Notes: a model not told the origin generated them from the letters alone. DNA of 64,000 bases from an uncultured bacterium (GCA_937952265.1 CALFYW010000016.1:142661-206660), one strand, 5' to 3'; positions 55,083 through 64,000 are shown, counted from the first letter of the stretch. Numbers and translations: made by a program.

Positions 55083-57035
55083 TTAATCAAGATAGACGGT
55101 CATTAACGGTGTTGAAAAATCTCCTTCACAAAGCGACGGATCAATATCTTCCAAAAATGAAGAGGGTGCCATCGTTTGCTTGTTGCCGAAAATCGTTCGT
55201 GTTGCCGCAAAAGAAAGAAATAATTTTTCTTTCGCGCGCGTCAGCGCAACATAGAAGAGCCGTCGTTCTTCTTCTTGTAGCGACCGTGTTTCTTTCTCAC
55301 TTGAAAAATCACTTGGAAAGAGTCCCTCCTCAAGACCTGCAATGTATACATATTTAAACTCAAGCCCTTTTGAAGCATGTACGGTCATAAGTTTCACCGC
55401 CCCTTCACCATTTTGATCACGAAGAGAATCTTGGTCGCTCGCTAACGCCGCATCCTCAAGTAATGCTTCGATACCGAGAAGTGCTCCGTGCGCGTCATAT
55501 CTTTGCGCAATCGAAATAAGCTCATAAATATTTTCAAGCCGTTCATGATCATCTTCACCTCCTTCTTTAAGATGTGAAAGTAAATTTGAAGACTCCAAGA
55601 TGAAACGGAGTACTTCAGATGGAACATGCGTTTTCGCTTTCTCTCCTACTTGATCTAAAAATAAATAAAAAGCATCAACCTTCTGCCCAACTTTCGGCGA
55701 AAGCGTATGACGCTCACCGCTCAACATTTTTGCGAGCGTTACTTTTCCAATACCGCGCGGAGGCACATTCGCAATTCGTGCAACATCGTGAGGATTTGGA
55801 TGAAGCGCCGCTCGCACAAACGCGAGCATATCTTTTACTTCCCTTCGATCATAGAACTTGGTACCGAGCACTTGATGCGGAATTCTCTTTGAGAGAAAAG
55901 CTTCTTCAAGTGCGCGTGATTGAAAATTTGCACGATAGAGAACAGCAATCTCATTTCCTGAAACTCCTGCCCGAAGAAGCGATTCAATTTCTGAGGTGAT
56001 CCTCTCTGCTTCATCGACTTCATCAGCAGCGTGAATCATACTGATTAATTCACCCTGACCTCGTTTAGTGTGGAGTGCCTTCGGCACACGCTCAACATTT
56101 TTTTCAATCACTGAATTTGCGGCCGAAAGGATCGTTTCAGTGGAACGATAATTTTCATCAAGAATGATCGTTCGAGCTCGTGGGTATTCGTGTTCAAAAG
56201 AAAGTATGTTTTCTATTCGAGCGCCACGCCATCCGTAGATCATCTGATCAGCATCTCCAACAACACAAATATTTTGGTGTGCCTGAGCGAGTAGCTGAGC
56301 AATCTCGCATTGTACAAAATTAGTATCTTGATATTCATCAATATGAATATACTTCCAACACTTCTGGTATCGCTCACGCACCTCCGAATGCTTCCGCAAC
56401 AACTCGAGCGTTACCAAAAGCAGATCATCAAAATCGAGCGCGTTGCTTTCGCGGAGCGCCTCCTGATAACGATTCCAGATCATACCAACAAGCGCGCTCC
56501 GAGGTCGAGGTCCGACCTCAGCCTCACTCTTTTCTAAAAAAAACTGAAGCGAGTGTCCCGCGTTTTTCTCTCGAGAAATAGCAGAGAGTATTTTTAATGG
56601 ATCATGTTCCCGAGAATCAAACCCTTCTCGCTTAAGCGCTTGCTTGATCGCGCGGACTGAATCATCCCGATCAAAAATTTTGAAATGGCGAGTTACTCCA
56701 ACGAGTCTCGTATGCTCCCTAATCATATGCACCCCAAGACGATGAAAGGTCGAGACAAACGGATAGATTGGAGTGTGGACCGGCAAATTGATGCGCGGGT
56801 CATGCGCGAGTAAGTCTTGAATTCGTTCGCGCATCTCTTGCGCTGCTTTGTTGGTAAACGTGATTGCAAGAATCGTATCTGGAGGAATACCTTGCCGAAC
56901 TAAATGCAAGATTCGATACGCAATCGTCCGGGTCTTCCCCGCACCGGCGCCCGCAACGACCAGAAGCGGACCTTCCGTGTGAAGGGCCGCTTCACGCTGT
57001 TTAGTATTTAATTCCGAGAGTATGTCTTCGTGCAT
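55083..57035 (-). CDS. uvrD: UvrD/PcrA/Rep-family DNA helicase
   Basis: 650 aa with motif I GAGAGKT, plus motifs Ia-VI of SF1A helicases. Confidence 0.9.
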   Translation of the reverse strand: MHEDILSELNTKQREAALHTEGPLLVVAGAGAGKTRTIAYRILHLVRQGIPPDTILAITFTNKAAQEMRERIQDLLAHDPRINLPVHTPIYPFVSTFHRLGVHMIREHTRLVGVTRHFKIFDRDDSVRAIKQALKREGFDSREHDPLKILSAISREKNAGHSLQFFLEKSEAEVGPRPRSALVGMIWNRYQEALRESNALDFDDLLLVTLELLRKHSEVRERYQKCWKYIHIDEYQDTNFVQCEIAQLLAQAHQNICVVGDADQMIYGWRGARIENILSFEHEYPRARTIILDENYRSTETILSAANSVIEKNVERVPKALHTKRGQGELISMIHAADEVDEAERITSEIESLLRAGVSGNEIAVLYRANFQSRALEEAFLSKRIPHQVLGTKFYDRREVKDMLAFVRAALHPNPHDVARIANVPPRGIGKVTLAKMLSGERHTLSPKVGQKVDAFYLFLDQVGEKAKTHVPSEVLRFILESSNLLSHLKEGGEDDHERLENIYELISIAQRYDAHGALLGIEALLEDAALASDQDSLRDQNGEGAVKLMTVHASKGLEFKYVYIAGLEEGLFPSDFSSEKETRSLQEEERRLFYVALTRAKEKLFLSFAATRTIFGNKQTMAPSSFLEDIDPSLCEGDFSTPLMTVYLD

Positions 57036-57092
57036 GAGTGTACGGAAAGACTATACCACATGAGACAACTGAATCAGAAAGCGGAACACGAG

Positions 57093-58169
57093 TTATTTCT
57101 CAAGATAGATTGTTTGAGTGGGATACGCCATGTCAATTGATTCTTTCTCAAACGCATCTTTAAGTGCAAAATTAAAATCTTGCTGAATATCCATGTAATG
57201 ATTGTAATCACCAGACTCTACAAAATAGACCACCTCAAACGAAAGCGCGGAATCATCAAATGATCGAAAATGAACACGATCAAGGCGGGCGCCCTCAATA
57301 CGCTCAAAGATATTTTTTACGGTATCCAACACTTTTTGCATTTTCTTTGATGAGGTCTGATACACCACACCAAACTTAGTAACCACTCTTCGTTCCTTCA
57401 GAAGTTTAAAATTTTGCACACGCACCGAGGTCAGCTCTTTATTTGAAATCACAATCTCCTCTCCTTGAAGCGCTCGAAGGCGCGTGCTTTTAATGCCGAT
57501 CTTTTCAACTACCCCCATATGCTCACCCACCACAATAAAATCACCGATCACAAACGGTCGATCAAAGTGTATCGCAAATGAACTAAAGAGGTCTCCCAAA
57601 ATATTCTGAAGCGCAAACGCAATAGCAACACCGCCAATACCGAGACCTGCGATGAGCGAAGTTACCTCAACACCAAGATTTGAGAGAACCATAAGCACAC
57701 CCATAACCCAAAGGATTGCTTTACCGATCTTCCCAAGATTAATAAGCGCGGTTCGATATCCTGGATCACCTCCCGCAAGGCGCGTACGCACCGCAAAGTC
57801 AATGAGCATCTGAAGCGCGATCACACCATAGTAAATAACCCAAACGAGAAGAATGATATTGAGCGCCTTTGCAACCACCTCACTTAAGGTAAGAAAGCGT
57901 AATGCAAAATAGAGCGCCAGAAAATGATAGAACGGCGGGCGCAACGATCGTACGATATCAATCAAGGTATCATCAAGGTCTGTTTTGCTTTTATCAGCAA
58001 ATTTCTGGAGACGTAACAGCACAACATGCTGAAAAATTTTAAGCCCGAACAAAAAAACAATAAGCGCGATAAAAGCAACCACATATTCTGTCACACTATT
58101 CCCCCACCACGAAAGCGCATCTCCGTATTCTTTATATTTTGAAATAATCTCGCTTATTGATTGATTCAT
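57093..58169 (-). CDS. mscS: Small-conductance mechanosensitive channel (MscS family)
   Basis: 358 aa with 3-4 TM, then the conserved …LGDLFSSFAIHFDRPFVIGDFI… beta domain. Confidence 0.85.
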   Translation of the reverse strand: MNQSISEIISKYKEYGDALSWWGNSVTEYVVAFIALIVFLFGLKIFQHVVLLRLQKFADKSKTDLDDTLIDIVRSLRPPFYHFLALYFALRFLTLSEVVAKALNIILLVWVIYYGVIALQMLIDFAVRTRLAGGDPGYRTALINLGKIGKAILWVMGVLMVLSNLGVEVTSLIAGLGIGGVAIAFALQNILGDLFSSFAIHFDRPFVIGDFIVVGEHMGVVEKIGIKSTRLRALQGEEIVISNKELTSVRVQNFKLLKERRVVTKFGVVYQTSSKKMQKVLDTVKNIFERIEGARLDRVHFRSFDDSALSFEVVYFVESGDYNHYMDIQQDFNFALKDAFEKESIDMAYPTQTIYLEK

Positions 58170-58283
58170 AAGAAATTATTGAGAGTTAGTGTTGCTATAG
58201 TGCTACTATACCACAAAAACGCTTGTTCAAACCCCGACGCAGATGCATAAATGCATCTGCTTCACCCTCCTTCGAGGACTTAG

Positions 58284-58356
58284 TCGGGGTGCCGGGATTC
58301 GAACCCGGAGTCACCTGTACCCAAAACAGGCATGTTAGCCGTTACACCACACCCCG
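58284..58356 (-). tRNA. tRNA-Pro (anticodon TGG), no encoded CCA
   Basis: CGGGGTG-TG-GTGT..ACAT-G-CCTGT-TTTGGGT-ACAGG-TGACT-CCGGG-TTCGAAT-CCCGG-CACCCCG-A, 73 nt. Confidence 0.85.
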
Positions 58357-58426
58357 ATACCTCCCAAGAGTACCCTACTCTGAGGAAGAAATAAAGAGGT
58401 AAAAACGAGGAAACCTTAAAATAAAG

Positions 58427-58861
58427 CTAAAAGACATTCTCAATAAAACTCGCTCGCGCAAGCTTTCTTTTCAAATCCAAACGAATCGCCACCACATCAC
58501 ACTGCCAATCGCTTTCAATATGTCGAATCTCTAAATATCGCGCGATGGTACGCTCGAGACGACGTAATTTTGAAGGGTGCACATTATCTTCTGGTCGATA
58601 TGAACCCTCCGGAGAAACATCTTCCCTATTTTGAAGGGTAACCTCGCTCACCACCGTTTTTACCTCAACAAATCGGAACACACCTCGAGCGTCACGCGCC
58701 ACAATATCTATTTCACCACATTTCTGCCAGAAATTTCTCTCAATAATACTGAAACCTTTTCGGCGTAAAAATCGACACGCAAGCTCTTCCCCTTTATTTC
58801 CAACCTCTTTCCTACTATATGGCGCATGATTATGCATATTAATGGTAACTAATAGTTTCAC
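58427..58861 (-). CDS. yraN: YraN-family (UPF0102) endonuclease
   Basis: GEELACRFLRRKGFSIIERNFWQKCGEIDIVARD…FVEVKT, the PD-(D/E)xK YraN signature. The likely start is an internal Met (MHNHAPY…). Confidence 0.75.
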   Translation of the reverse strand: MKLLVTINMHNHAPYSRKEVGNKGEELACRFLRRKGFSIIERNFWQKCGEIDIVARDARGVFRFVEVKTVVSEVTLQNREDVSPEGSYRPEDNVHPSKLRRLERTIARYLEIRHIESDWQCDVVAIRLDLKRKLARASFIENVF

Positions 58862-59116
58862 GTGAAACTATTTTGTATTTCATATGAGACTTTTGGCGTA
58901 AAACCACAAATTAAGGCTTAAATACGAGGTATTATGAACAACGAAACCGGTTTAAAGGAAAAAGTCGTTTGTCTTTTTAATACACATATCCCCAATTTTA
59001 TCCCCAATTTTGGGGATAAAATTTAAAAACAGCCATGAGTGCACCCCTCACTGACCGATAAAATGTTCAATAGAACTCTATTCTAAAAAGAACATACTCT
59101 GGAGATACTTACTTCG

Positions 59117-59190
59117 TGGTGCGGGTAGGGAGAATCGAACTCCCGACTTATCCTTGGCAAGGACACATTTTACCACTAAACCATACCCGC
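59117..59190 (-). tRNA. tRNA-Gly (anticodon GCC), CCA encoded
   Basis: GCGGGTA-TG-GTTT..AATG-T-GTCCT-TGCCAAG-GATAA-…-GGGAG-TTCGATT-CTCCC-TACCCGC-A-CCA, 74 nt. Confidence 0.9.
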
Positions 59191-59258
59191 TTCTTTATTT
59201 CTTTCCCTGCACTGATTCTATCTTCTCCTACTTAATATCTTCTTGCAAGCCAGAAATA

Positions 59259-59334
59259 TGGCGCGCTCGGCAGGAATCGAACCCACAACCCCCTGTTCCG
59301 AAGACAGGTGCTCTATCCGTTGAGCTACGAGCGC
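59259..59334 (-). tRNA. tRNA-Arg (anticodon TCG), CCA encoded
   Basis: GCGCTCG-TA-GCTC..GAGC-A-CCTGT-CTTCGGA-ACAGG-GGGTT-GTGGG-TTCGATT-CCTGC-CGAGCGC-G-CCA. The T-stem has two G·U pairs. 76 nt. Confidence 0.85.
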
Positions 59335-59404
59335 AAATACCCCCTTATCATACGATATATTCGTCAATTCGCCAAAGATATACTACAATACCAGTAATTA
59401 CTTT

Positions 59405-60868
59405 ATGACCTTTTTGATTCCAAAAGAAGTTTCATATGTAACCAAAACGCTCAAAAAGGCCAATTTTGAGGCTTTTTTAATTGGCGGATGTGTTCGAGAT
59501 TTAATTCTTAACAGAACACCTGCTGATTGGGATGTCACCACAAATGCCACCCCTGATGAAATCATCACGCTATTTCCACACACTTTTTATGAGAATAATT
59601 TTGGCACCGTGGGTGTTGTTTCAGATGAAACAGAGGATGAACGCTTAAAATCTATTGAGGTTACCACCTACCGACAAGAAGCTACGTATTCCGATTACCG
59701 AAAACCAGACCAGGTGTCCTTTAGCAAAAACCTTGAGGATGACCTTAAGCGTCGGGATTTCACGGTAAACGCGATCGCCTATGATGCTGAAAAAGAAAGC
59801 TTCACTGACCCGTATTCAGGAAAAACGGATATTGAAAAAAGACTCTTGCGAACGGTCGGGACCCCTTCAGAACGTTTTTCCGAAGATGCACTCCGTATTA
59901 TGCGAGCAGTTCGCCTTTCAGCAGAACTTGATTTCACCATTGAAGAAAATACCGAGAAAGCAATCCAGGATATGTCCCATCTTCTATCTAAAATCTCAAT
60001 GGAGCGCATTCGGGACGAGTTTATTCGTATTATTCTTTCAGATAGACCTATGGAAGGTCTATTATTGGCCAAAAAACTCACCATTCTGGAACAAGTGCTC
60101 CCTGAAATCCTTGCTGGTGCGGGAATAACACAAAATCAAGCCCATGCATTTGATGTACTCGAGCATAGCTTGCGCACACTTGCTCATGCCGCAAAAAAGA
60201 ATTTTCCTCTTTCAGTGCGTCTTGCAGCCCTTTTTCACGATATTGCAAAGCCTGAAACGCGAAGAAAGGGGCAAAATGGGGAATGGACTTTTTATGGCCA
60301 TGAGGTAGTTGGTTCACGTGTAACACGAAATATCCTTACTCGAATGCGTTTTCCGAAAGAAACCATTGAGGAAGTCTCCAAATTAGTCCGGTGGCATATG
60401 TTCTTCTCTGATCCAGAAAAAGTGACTTTGGCAGGAGTCCGACGTCTGATTCGAAATGTTGAAAAAGAGCGGGTAGAAAACCTAATGAACCTTAGAATAT
60501 GCGACCGTATTGGTACCGGAAGACCAAAAGAAGAACCCTATCGTTTACGCAAATATCAGTCAATGATCGAAGAAGCAATGCGTGATCCACTTACCGTAAG
60601 CATGCTCCATATTGATGGGGAAAAAATTATGGAAATTTCACATGAAACTCCTGGACCACGGATTGGGTTGGTGTTACATGCATTATTAGAAGAAGTATTA
60701 GATGATCCCTCACGTAATACCAAAGAATACTTAGAAAAACGAGCCCAAGAACTCTTACGCATCCCCCAAGAAGAGCTCAGATCAATCGGGGAACAGGGGA
60801 AAATGCGTCGTAACGAAGAAGAAGAAAAGACGCTCACACAAATCAGAAACCGGTTTCATGTGAAATAA
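59405..60868 (+). CDS. cca: CCA-adding tRNA nucleotidyltransferase / poly(A) polymerase family with HD domain
   Basis: 487 aa with the N-terminal head motif FLIGGCVRDLILNRTPADWDV and a C-terminal HD region (…FHDIAKPETR…). Confidence 0.85.
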   Translation: MTFLIPKEVSYVTKTLKKANFEAFLIGGCVRDLILNRTPADWDVTTNATPDEIITLFPHTFYENNFGTVGVVSDETEDERLKSIEVTTYRQEATYSDYRKPDQVSFSKNLEDDLKRRDFTVNAIAYDAEKESFTDPYSGKTDIEKRLLRTVGTPSERFSEDALRIMRAVRLSAELDFTIEENTEKAIQDMSHLLSKISMERIRDEFIRIILSDRPMEGLLLAKKLTILEQVLPEILAGAGITQNQAHAFDVLEHSLRTLAHAAKKNFPLSVRLAALFHDIAKPETRRKGQNGEWTFYGHEVVGSRVTRNILTRMRFPKETIEEVSKLVRWHMFFSDPEKVTLAGVRRLIRNVEKERVENLMNLRICDRIGTGRPKEEPYRLRKYQSMIEEAMRDPLTVSMLHIDGEKIMEISHETPGPRIGLVLHALLEEVLDDPSRNTKEYLEKRAQELLRIPQEELRSIGEQGKMRRNEEEEKTLTQIRNRFHVK

Positions 60869-60893
60869 AAGCCCTAAAAAGGGCTTTTATCCA
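60869..60893 (+). terminator. Intrinsic terminator after cca
   Basis: aaagccc taaaa agggcttttat. Confidence 0.55.
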
Positions 60894-61212
60894 TTAAAAA
60901 ACCACCCTTGATTGAGTGAGAAATAGTGGGGTGCGAGTGGTCAGAGGGTGGTTTAGGAGAAGAAAGGACTCAATATATAAATTGTTGCCATCACATAAAT
61001 ACCGAATTTATAATGTAATGCGATAGACGCAATACTGTTGCTCTACGAAGGAGCTAAAATGTTTGAGGTTTTATGTATTGGGCGTCTTTTTACGCTATTA
61101 AGTCCTTTATAAAAGAGTGGTGAGCTCTTTTTAATTGTACAAAGAACATTCGTTGTCCGTTATCTATTATATGTCCTTTATACTGACTGTAAAGGACATA
61201 CTGTGGATAACT

Positions 61213-61986
61213 TCATTTTTTGAGTTCAAGACTTATCGGACAGTGGTCAGACCCAGTAATGCTTTCATGAATATGTGCTGACACAAGATCATCTTTCAGT
61301 GATTTATCAACAAAGATATAGTCGATTCTCCAACCCACATTTCGTTCTCGTGCAAATGTTTTCATATCCCAGTAGGTATAGGCGTGCTGTTTCTCTGGAT
61401 AAAAATACCGAAAGGTATCAATAAATCCTTTGTTTTGAACTTGATCAAGCCATGCCCGTTCTTCAGGCAAAAAACCTGTATTCTTCTCATTCTCTTTCGG
61501 GCGCGCAAGATCGATTGGGTGATGCGCGGTATTCACGTCACCACAAAAAACAAGCTGATACCCTTGTTTCTGAAGCGACAGGCACCGTTTGAGAAACGTC
61601 TCGTAATAACGCAATTTAAATGCAAGCCGTGAAGCACCCCCACCTCCATTCGGAAAGTAGACATTTATGAGGACCCAATCCTTAAAATAGAGGAGAATTG
61701 AGCGTCCTTCTTGATCGAGCTCGCTTCCGCCATCAATCTCGTAGCGCACATCCACTGGTTCATAGGTGGTATATACTGCAACTCCGCTATATCCTTTTCT
61801 TTTTTTTGAAGAAGAAAAATATGAAAAATAGCCACGAGGATTCCGTATTTCTTCTGGGATTTGGGACTCCTCTGCTTTAATTTCCTGGAGACACAAAATA
61901 TCAGGACGCTCTTCAAAAAACCAATTAAAACAGCCCTTTTTATGGCACGCCCGAATGCCATTTACATTCCAAGACACGATACGCAT
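61213..61986 (-). CDS. xth: Exodeoxyribonuclease III (Xth/AP endonuclease family)
   Basis: Starts at MRIVSWNVNGIRA (ATG 61984-61986); the track ORF extends 81 codons upstream. Motifs …DILCLQEIK…, …VYFPNGG…, …GDVNTAHHPIDL…, …SDHCPISLEL. Confidence 0.9.
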   Translation of the reverse strand: MRIVSWNVNGIRACHKKGCFNWFFEERPDILCLQEIKAEESQIPEEIRNPRGYFSYFSSSKKRKGYSGVAVYTTYEPVDVRYEIDGGSELDQEGRSILLYFKDWVLINVYFPNGGGGASRLAFKLRYYETFLKRCLSLQKQGYQLVFCGDVNTAHHPIDLARPKENEKNTGFLPEERAWLDQVQNKGFIDTFRYFYPEKQHAYTYWDMKTFARERNVGWRIDYIFVDKSLKDDLVSAHIHESITGSDHCPISLELKK

Positions 61987-62080
61987 AGGTGTATCATACG
62001 TTATCTTTACCCTGAGGGGAAATAAAAAACCAAAGGCGCGAGACCTTTGGTTAAAGAAACGAAAGAACAAATTTAGAGAG

Positions 62081-62224
62081 GGGAGCTGGCCCCCAAAGCC
62101 AAGGAAACAATAAATACCAGTACATGGTCTTGTTTGGGAGGGAGTCTGGTATTTCCGGGTGTGGTATTTCCTTAACTTCCCGCCGAACAGCGAAGGGCGT
62201 ATCCAATATGATGGGGGCCAGCTC
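62081..62224. other. Intergenic element closed by a 12-bp perfect inverted repeat (gagctggccccc … gggggccagctc)
   Basis: The arms lie at 62083-62094 and 62213-62224 and enclose 118 nt that include smaller hairpins (e.g. cttcccgcc…ggcgggaag). Lies between xth and the GspG-like gene. Confidence 0.25.
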
Positions 62225-62338
62225 AATTACATAGAACCTCGATACCATATACTTAGTACCATAGTGCACCTTAATATGCAATATTGACAATATCTATATA
62301 ATTTGGTATGGTGTATATACGGTTAATCCGAAACCATT

Positions 62339-62656
62339 ATGAACCAAATTATCGCCAGTTTAAGCCTGCTTTTAATGGGAACCACCATTATCTTTAATGG
62401 GGTAGTACTTTCTACTGATGATCTCATCGCCCAAACCAAAAGCACGGTTAATCACGCAAATATCCATCAAATCGCCACGGTACTTGAGCTTTATCACCTC
62501 GATCATGGAGTATATCCAGATGTTTCAGGTGGGGAAGCGCTTATCGAAGTATTTGAAAAAGACGGGTATATTCGAAACCGGCCTCTTGATCCTCGTGTAT
62601 TTAACTACGAGCCACGAGCACAAGCCCAGGATTATACCCTTACCCTTATTGAATAA
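62339..62656 (+). CDS. Type II secretion GspG-like pseudopilin domain protein with a non-canonical N-terminus
   Basis: IATVLELYHLDHGVYPDVSGGEALIEV…DGYIRNRPLDPRVFNYEP matches the GspG core (Y.LD.G.YP…GL.AL…GYI…P.DPWG..Y). The N-terminus MNQIIASLSLLLMGTTIIFNGVVLS lacks the G|FTLIE prepilin cleavage motif. Confidence 0.55.
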   Translation: MNQIIASLSLLLMGTTIIFNGVVLSTDDLIAQTKSTVNHANIHQIATVLELYHLDHGVYPDVSGGEALIEVFEKDGYIRNRPLDPRVFNYEPRAQAQDYTLTLIE

Positions 62657-62665
62657 CAACAAAAA

Positions 62666-62692
62666 AACACCTTTTCAGGTGTTTTTTGTTTC
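62666..62692. terminator. Bidirectional intrinsic terminator
   Basis: aaaaaaacacc ttttc aggtgttttttgttt lies between the convergent GspG-like and PspC-domain genes. Confidence 0.6.
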
Positions 62693-62926
62693 TTCATCTT
62701 TCTCTATTTCTACAACACGCACCTCTTCAGGTTCAAGGGGAATAATAAAATACGCCAAAACATACACCAATACTCCTGGAATAATACCACTAAAGACAAC
62801 CACCAAAACCCAAATGATACGGAAAATTACGGGATCAACGTTTACATACTCACCCAAACCGCCAAAAATCCCAAAAATGGTTCGATCCTTCCTGCTTCGA
62901 TAAAGCCGTTTCATGCGCTCAATCAT
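62675..62926 (-). CDS. PspC-domain membrane protein
   Basis: LYRSRKDRTIFGIFGGLGEYVNVDPVIFRIIWVLVVVF is the PspC N-terminal domain signature. Confidence 0.7.
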   Translation of the reverse strand: MIERMKRLYRSRKDRTIFGIFGGLGEYVNVDPVIFRIIWVLVVVFSGIIPGVLVYVLAYFIIPLEPEEVRVVEIEKDEETKNT

Positions 62927-62940
62927 ACCACGTCTCGTCG

Positions 62941-63882
62941 CTATTCGTTAGCGTCAGTCTTGCGACGTTTACCGTGAAAACGCTCGTGAATTTCGCGCAA
63001 ATGACGATCAGTCACATGGGTGTAGACCTGGGTAGTACCAATATGTGCATGCCCTAAAAGGGCTTGCACACTCCGTAAATCAGCTCCATTCGCAAGCAAA
63101 TCGGTCGCAAAACTGTGTCGAATCACATGCGGAGTTACTTTTTTTGAAATACCTGCTTTAATTGCATAATATTTCACCATTCGCTCAACTGAACGGGGTG
63201 AGAGTCGGAGTGATTCATTATTTCCAACCTTTCGTATCGTGCCCACCTGCACAAAAAGTGCGTCATCCATGTCTTTTCGAGCCACAAGATAGGCTTGAAG
63301 CGCCTCTTTGGTTCGCGGAGATAGAAAAACAATACGAACTTTTTCTCCTTTACCCCGCACAGAAAACTCATCTTGGGTTAAATCAAGATCACGGGGCAGG
63401 GCACATAATTCAGAAACTCGAAGCCCTGTTGAAAAAAAGAGTTCGAGTATCGCCCGATCTCGTAAACCCTTGAGATCGCTACTCTCTGGCGCGGCAAGTA
63501 ATCGTTCGAGCTCATCTACAGTGATGAGGTCAAGCGATCGCTCCGAGACCTTTGCAAGCTCAATGCGGTCCGGAGAAAGCGAAGGAATCCCGCGCCGCAT
63601 TAAATACTTGAGAAACGCACGTAGTGCGATTAAGTAGTAATTTTGGGTTTTCTTCTTTAAGGTATCAGAGGGATGCGTGCTTCCCGGAATTTGCTGTCGG
63701 TTGAGCCATACTCTGAATTCTCGTACCACATCCTCAGTGATGGCTTCAGGTTTTTCTACCCGGGCATGTCCAAGAAATCGGCTCAAATACCGATCATAAT
63801 TCATGATAGTCTGGAGGCTTCTTCCGCGCTCAATCTCAAGATATTCCAAGAAAGCGCGCTTTAGGTCGTTGAGGGTTGCCAT
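62941..63882 (-). CDS. xerC: Tyrosine site-specific recombinase XerC/XerD family
   Basis: Starts at MATLNDLKRAFLEYLEIERGRS (ATG 63880-63882). C-terminal catalytic box HVIRHSFATDLLANGADLRSVQALLGHAHIGTTQVYTHV. Confidence 0.85.
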   Translation of the reverse strand: MATLNDLKRAFLEYLEIERGRSLQTIMNYDRYLSRFLGHARVEKPEAITEDVVREFRVWLNRQQIPGSTHPSDTLKKKTQNYYLIALRAFLKYLMRRGIPSLSPDRIELAKVSERSLDLITVDELERLLAAPESSDLKGLRDRAILELFFSTGLRVSELCALPRDLDLTQDEFSVRGKGEKVRIVFLSPRTKEALQAYLVARKDMDDALFVQVGTIRKVGNNESLRLSPRSVERMVKYYAIKAGISKKVTPHVIRHSFATDLLANGADLRSVQALLGHAHIGTTQVYTHVTDRHLREIHERFHGKRRKTDANE

Positions 63883-64000
63883 ACTTAATGTCGCACAATA
63901 TATTATAGCAAAATTACCAAAAACGAGACCAGAGATAACCCCTTGCATAAATAGAAGTTTTATGCTATCATACGTTCATGCTTGCAAAAAAGAAGAAACA

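Noticed and set aside
58995-59020. tccccaatttta tccccaatttt ggggataaaatt palindromic/direct repeat downstream of tRNA-Gly(GCC)
   Set aside because: Only two loosely similar copies are seen in the window (the other at the hup promoter). That is insufficient to call a repeat family without a genome-wide search.
61168-61197. Perfect 10-bp-stem hairpin (atgtccttta…taaaggacat) just downstream of xth, and a 9-bp stem with a 38-nt loop at about 60905-60962
   Set aside because: No adjacent T-run on the relevant strand for the first. Roughly 2-3 such 10-bp local palindromes are expected by chance in 64 kb. The second may be a weak xth terminator but has an unusually large loop.
61987-62226. Upstream 81 codons of the xth track ORF and the analogous 22-codon extension of xerC (63883..63948)
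   Set aside because: Family-conserved N-termini (MRIVSWNVNG for Xth; MATLNDLKRAFLEYL for XerC/D) begin at internal Met codons. The extensions have no homology and low-complexity composition.
1-64000. CRISPR arrays, rRNA genes, integron attC sites, DGR (TR/VR with RT) and stop-codon reassignment
   Set aside because: No regularly spaced short repeats, no RT or integrase-integron genes, and no rRNA-like stretches were seen. Conserved genes (tuf, fusA, nusA, rny) translate intact with the standard code, so there is no sign of UGA recoding.

Overview
This is a 64-kb chromosomal window with about 45-55% GC in housekeeping genes (GC figures here are by-eye counts of a few sampled 60-mers, not computed). 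The gene repertoire looks like an uncultivated small-genome bacterium (CPR/Patescibacteria-like); that is an inference, and no taxonomic search was run. Standard genetic code fits all conserved genes. I saw no CRISPR array, rRNA, integron or reverse transcriptase.

Main content, left to right:
- rplD (partial), rplC, rpsJ, tuf, fusA, rpsG and rpsL form an S10/str ribosomal block on the minus strand. An IS200-like element and a large secreted repeat protein sit between fusA and tuf.
- A DNA-uptake neighbourhood follows: ComEC encoded in two separate genes with sodA between them, rnhA with an unusual C-terminal hybrid-binding domain, recJ and a HIT protein.
- pgk and tpiA lie directly downstream of a type IV pilus operon (pilB, pilC, three pilin/pseudopilin genes and a PilX-like beta-helix protein).
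- An AT-rich island (about 36% GC) spans 24.5-30.3 kb. It carries a methyltransferase, an APH-like kinase, a TauD/CAS-like dioxygenase, a HAD phosphatase and an aminotransferase. Two of these genes are frameshifted, and a perfect 25-bp direct repeat flanks a two-gene cassette inside the island.
- Two GC-rich secreted proteins (313 and 1039 aa) follow, then nusA, ppa, tig, clpP, rny, hup and an ABC exporter.
- An NTase, NDT-like and frameshifted CYTH gene trio lies on the minus strand next to tRNA-Gly.
- A four-gene minus-strand operon encodes a VirB6/TrbL-like polytopic membrane protein, a discoidin-domain secreted protein and two paralogous Ca-binding-motif proteins that share 58 identical base pairs.
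- The window ends with rsmA, uvrD, mscS, tRNA-Pro, yraN, tRNA-Gly, tRNA-Arg, cca, xth, an orphan GspG-like pseudopilin, a PspC-domain protein and xerC/D.

The observations most worth follow-up:
- the IS200-like element and the secreted repeat protein inside the str operon;
- the AT-rich modification island with its 25-bp direct repeats;
- three frameshifts, two clearly at homopolymers (HAD, CYTH) and one only possibly so (aminotransferase);
- the CYTH/NDT-like/NTase cluster;
- the VirB6-like surface-protein operon;
- a shared Cys/Trp beta-sandwich repeat family in two giant secreted proteins.
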